NCBI GenBank assembly: GCA_002282015.1
Contig: NCIJ01000005.1
Location: 598 to 64,597, forward strand
Direction: 5' to 3'
Length of the DNA stretch: 64,000 bases
Source of the DNA: Sulfuricurvum sp. 17-40-25
GTDB lineage: Bacteria; Campylobacterota; Campylobacteria; Campylobacterales; Sulfurimonadaceae
Positions 18,122 through 25,287 of this stretch are shown piece after piece; the first letter of the stretch is position 1, and every line of letters starts with the position of its first letter. Under the pieces are notes generated by a model. The model did no database searches. It was not told where the DNA came from and saw only the letters and a program-made list of their open reading frames with translations. The position numbers and the translations under genes are program-made.

Positions 18122-19007
18122 AAAAAAATTTCTAACTTTGAAGCATATTAAGCTATTTAGTATATTGATTTTGATTTTTGGATCAATCACACTCAATGCT
18201 TCTACGATGGATGATTTAAGTCTATTAATCAAAAATAAAAAAGTCTTTATTTATGGCGTTAAAAGCACAGACAAAAACATAAGCAACGGCGTGGGTCTTT
18301 TTTATAATACACACAATCTAAAAGTAAAAGTCGAAGGCTCTGACACTGTATTTAAAACGGGTGCTGTTCTCACCTACAATCCGTTTCAAAATTCTACTTA
18401 CATCAATATCGGGGCGAACTACATTAATCAAAATGTGCAAGAAAATAATTCCATACATAATGACTTTAACCAATATTCCAGTGCAGTTTCCGTTGGCTAT
18501 ATGCTCAATAATGATCTCTATGTAGAGCTAGGAGAAAATATTAGCAGATTAAATGGTCCCCAAGTTTCTGAAGATACCAAAGCTAACAGTCAAATCATAA
18601 AAAACACCTATATACAAACAGGAAAACGATTTGAAACACCTATAGGAACAATCGACACTCACTTAAACAGCAGTCAGATTTACAACACGCTTGCAGTAAA
18701 AGAGGAAAATTACGAAAGTAAGATCAACTATTATCTTGATGATGCGATTAAAGTAGGTTATGCCTACAGTATTAATCAAGATCAAATATGCAATGCATAC
18801 TCTCTGAATCTCAGTTATTTTTCTACTGAATATATGAATAATATTACTCAGGACAGTTATAATGTGACCTTAGGGATTAAGGCAAACTTTACAGATATTA
18901 CCAATTTTTCGACCTATAAGCCATTAAATAAAGTAAAAAAACACTTAGCAAGAGCGCAAAAATTTGACCATCTCGTGCTACAGCACAATATGAACCTTCG
19001 TAAATAA
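18093..19007 (+). CDS. Putative outer-membrane beta-barrel protein (possible minimal PgaA-type porin)
   Basis: Signal-like N-terminus (LFSILILIFGSITLNAST), then about 12-14 amphipathic alternating strands (GVGLFYN, LKVKVEG, YINIGANYI, SAVSVGYML, IKVGYAYSI, AYSLNLSYF, YNVTLGIKANF). Rich in N and Y. The start codon is uncertain. Confidence 0.45.
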   Translation: MIKSQHITNKKKFLTLKHIKLFSILILIFGSITLNASTMDDLSLLIKNKKVFIYGVKSTDKNISNGVGLFYNTHNLKVKVEGSDTVFKTGAVLTYNPFQNSTYINIGANYINQNVQENNSIHNDFNQYSSAVSVGYMLNNDLYVELGENISRLNGPQVSEDTKANSQIIKNTYIQTGKRFETPIGTIDTHLNSSQIYNTLAVKEENYESKINYYLDDAIKVGYAYSINQDQICNAYSLNLSYFSTEYMNNITQDSYNVTLGIKANFTDITNFSTYKPLNKVKKHLARAQKFDHLVLQHNMNLRK

Positions 19008-19013
19008 AACGAT

Positions 19014-20132
19014 TTACTTCTTTTTCAAATGGACCAGTGTCTCATAATGCTGAGTGTGTGCAAACATATCAAACAACTGTACTTTGATAATCTCATAGGA
19101 TTTAAGCCACTCTATGTCTTTTGCAAGACTGGTTGCATTACAGCTTGAGTAGAGGATATCTTCAGGTGAGACTCTCTCTAACCATTTGCACAACTCTTGC
19201 CCCAATCCCCTACGTGGAGGATTCACGATAACAACATCCGGAGCTTTTGACGTTTCCGTACTAAAGCTCACCGCATCAAGTGCTTTAAATGTCAGGGTAT
19301 CAATGCCCAAAATGAGCGCTGAATCTTTGGCACACTCAATAGCTTCATTCTCAATCTCGACGCCAATAACATTTCGTTCATTAGTAGCCACATGCAACGC
19401 AAAGCCGCCAACACCGCAGAAAAGATCAATAATGCTCTTAGCCTCAAGATCATCAGTCCACTTTGCAACGGTTTTATACAGTTTTGCCGCTATGTCTGGA
19501 TTCGTTTGAAAAAAACTTTTGGGTCGAATAAAAAGAGGGATGCCATTGAGTTGTTCTTCCAAGCGTGTTTCCTCGGTCAAAAAGATCTCTTCCTCCCCTT
19601 CCAGTATCGCCATGTGAACGGGCTGAATGTTCACAGAGATGACACGAATATCAGGAGCCAATACTAGGAGTGACTCCATATTGCCTTGCAATCGTGAAAT
19701 GACTCCATGAGAACGCAATATAAAACGCAGCATCATAGTGCCATTATAAGAGCTACGCGTCAGCAGCACATATTTCAGCTCACCCTTTTTCTTTTTCACA
19801 TCATAGGCTTTTATTCCCAACCCTCTTAGCCAGTTTTGCGTGTGCTCCAGCACAGTTTGCATACTGATATCGTATAAAGGGCAGTTGATCAAACTTACTT
19901 CATCCGATAGCCCCAAGACTATCCCCTCATCACTGTTAGAAGCTACCATTTTGGCTTTATTGCGAAATCCCTTGAGCTGACTCGCAACGGGCTTCAACCA
20001 CTCTTGCACTCTAAAAGCTTCCAGTGCCTTATGTAAATGAGCACTCTTCTCAGTTAATTGCTCTGCATAGAACAGATCAATCTGTGAGCACGAATGACAT
20101 ACTTGCGTATCGTAATAGGAACAAAAACTCAT
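19014..20132 (-). CDS. rlmC: 23S rRNA (uracil747-C5)-methyltransferase RlmC
   Basis: Similar along its full length to E. coli RlmC/RumB as recalled: N-terminal Cys cluster, GFRNKAKMV, GELKYVLLT, VNIQPVHMAILEGEEEI, SFFQTNP, DLFCGVGGF, VNPPRRG, QLFDMF. Confidence 0.88.
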   Translation of the reverse strand: MSFCSYYDTQVCHSCSQIDLFYAEQLTEKSAHLHKALEAFRVQEWLKPVASQLKGFRNKAKMVASNSDEGIVLGLSDEVSLINCPLYDISMQTVLEHTQNWLRGLGIKAYDVKKKKGELKYVLLTRSSYNGTMMLRFILRSHGVISRLQGNMESLLVLAPDIRVISVNIQPVHMAILEGEEEIFLTEETRLEEQLNGIPLFIRPKSFFQTNPDIAAKLYKTVAKWTDDLEAKSIIDLFCGVGGFALHVATNERNVIGVEIENEAIECAKDSALILGIDTLTFKALDAVSFSTETSKAPDVVIVNPPRRGLGQELCKWLERVSPEDILYSSCNATSLAKDIEWLKSYEIIKVQLFDMFAHTQHYETLVHLKKK

Positions 20133-23119
20133 TATAGGACCTTCGGCTTTGCCGTACGCAAATAATGCAGAACAGTCGCAATCAAATCATCATCATCTTT
20201 ACTTTTACTTTGCAAGGTCTCTTTTGACCCATTCAGATACTCAATCGTGATGTTTTGGTTGTAGTTACCCACCATTTTGATCTTTTTTTCAATACTTAAA
20301 AGCTTGATAACCATTATCTCAAAAAATTGTTTGGTCGGATTGTCCAGTTTACCAAAACGATCTCCAATCTCTTCTTCGATCTCATAGATCTCTGTTGGTT
20401 CTTCACAATGACTGAGACGTCGATAGATCTCTAAACGTAGACGGTCTTCTCGTACGACCTCATCGCTGATAAAGGCGCTGACCGTGAGTTTTATATCTAC
20501 TTTGGCACGTACGGTAGTGGTTTGATTGGTGAGAATTTTGATCGCATCTTCCAACATACGCAAATACAAGGCATACCCGATATTTTTGATATGTCCGCTT
20601 TGCGCATCCCCTACGAGATTTCCCCCTCCTCTGATTTCCAGATCATGGTGCGCCAACATCGAACCGCTTCCCAAAAAGGAGTTTGATTCAAGGGCTATAA
20701 GTCTTTTCTTTGCCTCTTCGGTAAGGTTGTCTTTATCATTAACAATAAAATACGCATATCCTTCGATATGACCACGCCCTACACGCCCTCGTAACTGATG
20801 CAAGTCTGCCATACCAAATCGGTCCGCACCATCGATGATCATCGTGTTAACCGTCGGCATATGTATCCCTGATTCGATAATCGAAGTTGCTAACAAGACA
20901 TCGTATTCGCGGTCTTCAAATTTTTTGAGTTCCTCTTCCGTTTGAGCCGCACCAATTTGTGAGTGAAGGATCAAAATACGTAAATTTGGGAGAATCGCTT
21001 TGAGTTCTCCTGATTTAATCACCATCGAATCAATCGAGTTATGAACGTAGAAAAGCTGACCACCACGACGAAGCTCACGTAAAATGACCTCTTTGATCAA
21101 CTTCTCATCGTAGTTTTTAACAAAAGTTCGGACGCCTAGACGCTCACTAGGAGGGGTAAGAAGCTCAGACATCGTTTTAATCGAGCTTAGGGCTTGATTG
21201 AGACTGCGAGGGATTGGAGTGGCACTCATGGAGAGAAGATGCACATTGTCGTACAGTGATTTGAGTTTCTCTTTTTGTTTGACTCCAAATTTATGCTCTT
21301 CATCGATGATGACCAGACCCAACTTCGCGCAGCTGACATTGAACAGCGCATGCGTTCCCACGACACAATCAATCTCTCCCAATGAAAGCGCTTTGAGTGT
21401 GGCTGTTTTTTCTTTAGCAGTGACAAAACGGTCCAGCTTGGCAACCCGCAATCCAAATGAACCCAGCCTGGTTTTGAGCGAGGTAAAGTGTTGTGAGCTC
21501 AACAGGGTCGTAGGTACGACTAACAAGGTCTGATACCCTCCACGTGCGGCGGTAAAAATAGCATTCATTGCCACTTCGGTTTTTCCAAAACCGACATCAC
21601 CGCTGAGCAGTCGATCCATGATGTGCCCAGAGCTTAAATCGCTGACGATGGCGGCAATCGCACTGGCTTGATCAGGAGTGTAATCAAAACCTGCCGCATT
21701 TTGAAAACGGCGCAGTTCTCCCGCATCGACTTGCATAACGGATGCCTTGATCAACGCACGGCTTGCCGCAATGCCTACGATTTCTGATGCGATCTCAAAG
21801 AGGCGCATACGTACAGACTCTTTGAGTTTACCGAAGCTTCCTTTTCCTAAGCGATCCAGTACCGGCAGTGATCCTGAAGCGATGTAGCGGTCAATCGCAT
21901 CGAGATTCTCAACTGGAAGAAGAAGTTTATCATCCCCCATGTATTTAAGGACGACAAAATCTTTGATCGCACCCAAAATTTCGGCTTGTTCAATCCCCTC
22001 AAATATCCCTACACCGTACTCTTCATGAACAACGTAATCCCCTACTTTGAGATCATCCAACAATATCGAGGTTTTACGACGGCGGCGTTTTTTCTCATGC
22101 TTATTGAGTGAAATGATCACCTCATCGGGGCCTATGAGATTGAGGACTATCCCTGCAGTTTTAACCTCTAACCCCGTAAGATCAAAAATATTCGCCGCTT
22201 TTAGCTGCATCTCATTGGCCGCGATAATGGTGAATTTTTTCTTTTTATGGACACTGCGTAATGTTTCCAAACTCGGGGCAATCAACGGCGAATAGTGTAC
22301 GGCTTCAGGTATAACAGAGCACTCTAAATGTTCTCTTGGTAGCATAGGATGATCCGTACCATAGGATTCATCCAATAGGCTTTTCATCTCACGAAGACGC
22401 ATCACTTTCTTATCCAGAGTAAAATCATTTCCTTCATTACCCAGTATCCAAAAACCTAACGATGCGATGTCTTTGACAAAACTGTCACTTTCGCACTTTG
22501 CTATCTCTTTTTCAAAACGCTCAAATTGTCCCTCGTCCAAAGAGAAAAAAGCACTCGTCACACTAATTGAGGCCAGTTCCTCTGTCAGTGTACGCTGTGT
22601 CTCTACATCAAATGCTTTGATCTCTTCTACTTCATCATCGAACAAACTGATACGATGTGGATTTTCCTCACCCGGAATATAAATATCCAAAATATCCCCA
22701 CGATGTGAGACTTCACCTTCCATTTCCACCATATCCACAAAGGTATAGCCCCAATGCAGTAATCTCTGCTTTAATGCACTTAAATCAATACGCGAAGCAA
22801 ATTCAATCTCTGTGCTTTGCAGTAATGTCTCTTTTGGCATCGGGTACAGCAAGGTTTTAAGCGGTGAGATGACCAAGGGCTTTTTGCCCGCTTTGTAATA
22901 CGACCGCAATGCCGCAAACAGTGCAAACAGCTCTTCTCCAAACGGACGTAAGTCATCCATATACATCGCACGAAAATCAGGAAAAACAACCGTGTCAATA
23001 TTTAAGAATTTGGCAACATCCGACAGTTCTCCCGCTTCTTTTACATCCTCACAGATGATGATATCGCATCGGTTTTTAGGATTGTTTTTTAGATATTCGT
23101 AAAATCTGGCTTGTGACAT
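20132..23119 (-). CDS. mfd: Transcription-repair coupling factor Mfd
   Basis: 995 aa. CarD-like LKVGDYVVHEEYGVG, helicase motifs GDVGFGKTEVA, DEEHKFG and SATPIPRS, and a TRG region. Confidence 0.95.
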   Translation of the reverse strand: MSQARFYEYLKNNPKNRCDIIICEDVKEAGELSDVAKFLNIDTVVFPDFRAMYMDDLRPFGEELFALFAALRSYYKAGKKPLVISPLKTLLYPMPKETLLQSTEIEFASRIDLSALKQRLLHWGYTFVDMVEMEGEVSHRGDILDIYIPGEENPHRISLFDDEVEEIKAFDVETQRTLTEELASISVTSAFFSLDEGQFERFEKEIAKCESDSFVKDIASLGFWILGNEGNDFTLDKKVMRLREMKSLLDESYGTDHPMLPREHLECSVIPEAVHYSPLIAPSLETLRSVHKKKKFTIIAANEMQLKAANIFDLTGLEVKTAGIVLNLIGPDEVIISLNKHEKKRRRRKTSILLDDLKVGDYVVHEEYGVGIFEGIEQAEILGAIKDFVVLKYMGDDKLLLPVENLDAIDRYIASGSLPVLDRLGKGSFGKLKESVRMRLFEIASEIVGIAASRALIKASVMQVDAGELRRFQNAAGFDYTPDQASAIAAIVSDLSSGHIMDRLLSGDVGFGKTEVAMNAIFTAARGGYQTLLVVPTTLLSSQHFTSLKTRLGSFGLRVAKLDRFVTAKEKTATLKALSLGEIDCVVGTHALFNVSCAKLGLVIIDEEHKFGVKQKEKLKSLYDNVHLLSMSATPIPRSLNQALSSIKTMSELLTPPSERLGVRTFVKNYDEKLIKEVILRELRRGGQLFYVHNSIDSMVIKSGELKAILPNLRILILHSQIGAAQTEEELKKFEDREYDVLLATSIIESGIHMPTVNTMIIDGADRFGMADLHQLRGRVGRGHIEGYAYFIVNDKDNLTEEAKKRLIALESNSFLGSGSMLAHHDLEIRGGGNLVGDAQSGHIKNIGYALYLRMLEDAIKILTNQTTTVRAKVDIKLTVSAFISDEVVREDRLRLEIYRRLSHCEEPTEIYEIEEEIGDRFGKLDNPTKQFFEIMVIKLLSIEKKIKMVGNYNQNITIEYLNGSKETLQSKSKDDDDLIATVLHYLRTAKPKVL

Positions 23120-23194
23120 TATCCTTTTCTTTCCTCGCTCATCAAAGTTTTTTTCTCCCTCTCATTTTAATTCAGCGTGTCCCCGTTTTTTTCA

Positions 23195-23956
23195 TCATCT
23201 ATATTTTAATCTGATGATTCGATGTTGTGGATCGATATTATTTATAGCATCTTCGAGATTAAAGCCCAGATGTGCCAAAATCAATTCCATATCATCGACG
23301 ATTTCATGCCGTCTCTTTCTGCTACTATGAAACGGTTTATGGTGTGCATTGTCATTACGAGACTTTCGTATCGATTCCAGCATCAACGTCATAGCTTTTT
23401 TACCGATCTTTTTTAAATCATGACCTTTAAAAGTTTTTTCTTCAAATAGGTCTGACAAATCCACCCAAAACGAAATATACAATGTCTTTAAGCCGCCGAG
23501 CAAAATATAATCGAAAATTTGAAATGTATCCATCAGTAGAATATTCTCACTATCAAGAGTGATAATTTCTTTAGATTTATCTAATGTATGCTGAATTTTA
23601 GTGGGAACCAAAGATCGATTATGTAGCCAATCATCTTGATTTGCTGAACTGTACTTTTCAGACAAGACAATTGCCGCTTTTGAGCGAATAGCCGTCTCGA
23701 AAATATTGAAAAGCAAAAACATCACTTGATGCTCTTTGATATGCTTATTGTACAGACCCATCAAAAAATCAAAATCAGATTCTATGACCTTAGCAGGATT
23801 GGAGGTTTTAATATAAGCAAATTCTTTGCTAGCAATTTTAAAATAAGCTTGATTGACGAGATCACCTGCTTTTGCAAATTTTGAATATTCAGAATGTGTA
23901 TTATCAATATATATCGCCGCACATAACTCATGCAATACCTTGTCATGTAACGTCAA
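23195..23956 (-). CDS. Abi_2 (AbiD/AbiF-like) HEPN-containing abortive-infection-type protein
   Basis: 253 aa. NIFETAIRSKAA and LLGGLKTLYISFW blocks; C-terminal IRKSRNDNAHHKP contains an Rx4H HEPN motif. TTG start with an AAGGGA RBS. Confidence 0.6.
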   Translation of the reverse strand: MTLHDKVLHELCAAIYIDNTHSEYSKFAKAGDLVNQAYFKIASKEFAYIKTSNPAKVIESDFDFLMGLYNKHIKEHQVMFLLFNIFETAIRSKAAIVLSEKYSSANQDDWLHNRSLVPTKIQHTLDKSKEIITLDSENILLMDTFQIFDYILLGGLKTLYISFWVDLSDLFEEKTFKGHDLKKIGKKAMTLMLESIRKSRNDNAHHKPFHSSRKRRHEIVDDMELILAHLGFNLEDAINNIDPQHRIIRLKYR

Positions 23957-24087
23957 TTGATTCCCTTTATTGCTATTTAACTATTTTTATTCTATCATTC
24001 CATCACTTAGGCTTTCTAACGGACGCACATTGTCTGGTACTGCTTGCAGCTGAAAGCCAAGTCTCTCTTCATAATTTCATCAAAATA

Positions 24088-24111
24088 TTACTGTTTAATC
24101 ATTTTGTAATA
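24088..24111. repeat. Decayed copy of the DUF3800 gene 3' end (direct repeat of 24355-24378)
   Basis: TTACTGTTTAATCATTTTGTAATA versus ATACTGTTTAATCATTTCATAATA matches at 21 of 24 positions. The minus strand of the intergenic copy encodes ..GYRVKHGMTEKIEYYKMIKQ*, compared with ..RKYEHGDPSYYEMIKQY.. in the intact gene. Confidence 0.6.
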
Positions 24112-24303
24112 CTCTATTTTCTCCGTCATACCGTGCTTGACACGGTATCCATCCCCATCTTTGCTCATCTTAATTCAGCCTCTTCACATTTTCATAACTC
24201 TTTATTTATCATTTCCTAATTGTATGGTATAATTCTAGTTAAAGGTTCCCAGCTACTGACAAGACTCCAAGGGAGGCTTCTTCGGATAGGTAGCATGGGT
24301 CAT

Positions 24304-25287
24304 TTAATAATGAACTTCGACTCTATCTCTTGTCATAACTTCTTCTTCCAATAAATACTGTTTAATCATTTCATAATAGCTTGGATCACCATGCTCATAT
24401 TTTCGGTTAACAGCCCATCCGATATAGTCAATAATCTGTAAATTTGAACTGGATGCACTACAATGATGATGGATTGTGTAGCGCAAGTCTTTACCATTTG
24501 TCTTTAAATACTGTTTGATGCCTTTTTTAAGTGCTTTAATTTGTGCATTTTTATTTGCAAGAACAGGTAATCTATCCGTGATAATTATAAAATTTCGATT
24601 GATGTGAATTTTATCGAGTAGCTGCGTAATAGCAAACATAAGGTTGTCTACATAAAAGATAGAACGCTCTTTCCGTTTTTCGGGATGAACTTTTGGTTTT
24701 TCAAGAATGTATGAATAGACTTGTACCGCTTCTTTAGTAAAGGTGCTGATAGTTTCAAACATTTTTTGTCTTATATATTTATTATCTTCGCACGCATGAA
24801 AAGCTTCAATATCCAATACCTCTTTTACAAAAGGATCAAGATTTCGTTCAATCAATTCATAGCGATAATTGGCAATATACTCATGCAGTTGAAACGGACG
24901 AGTTTTAACCAAAAAGTTAAACATATAATGTTTGCTACCCTTGGTGGAGAAATCCATATCACCTGATTCATCAACAAAAATATAAACTGCATCGCCGATA
25001 TTAGATTGATGGATATTTTCGTTAATAGCGAATTCAATATTAGTTGTTTCACTATAATCGGATCTAAACCCATTAATGAATTCTAAAATAAGTTGTTTAT
25101 CTTCCGTGTCAATCTTTTGTAATTCAAAATAATAAATTGGATTGACATAAAATATTGCAATTTTATAGGTTTCATTCCATTCTCTATGTTCATCCTTTTC
25201 AATATAAGCATTTTCAAATTTCAATGCCAAATCAAAGCGTTTTTGTATTCTTAAAAGATTTTGGATAGTTTTGATTGTATTGCTCAC
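24304..25287 (-). CDS. DUF3800-family protein with a unique N-terminal extension of about 100 aa
   Basis: VYIFVDESGD (aa 101-110) and C-terminal SSSNLQIIDYIGWAV are DUF3800 signature blocks. The GTG start overlaps the stop of the upstream type IIG gene (GTGTGA). Confidence 0.65.
   Translation of the reverse strand: MSNTIKTIQNLLRIQKRFDLALKFENAYIEKDEHREWNETYKIAIFYVNPIYYFELQKIDTEDKQLILEFINGFRSDYSETTNIEFAINENIHQSNIGDAVYIFVDESGDMDFSTKGSKHYMFNFLVKTRPFQLHEYIANYRYELIERNLDPFVKEVLDIEAFHACEDNKYIRQKMFETISTFTKEAVQVYSYILEKPKVHPEKRKERSIFYVDNLMFAITQLLDKIHINRNFIIITDRLPVLANKNAQIKALKKGIKQYLKTNGKDLRYTIHHHCSASSSNLQIIDYIGWAVNRKYEHGDPSYYEMIKQYLLEEEVMTRDRVEVHY

Noticed and set aside
24250-24303. 16-codon ORF (MTHATYPKKPPLESCQ) starting at the DUF3800 stop (TAAATG)
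   Set aside because: It is too short, has no RBS, and coincides with the hairpin arms. It is more likely structural RNA or spacer than coding sequence.
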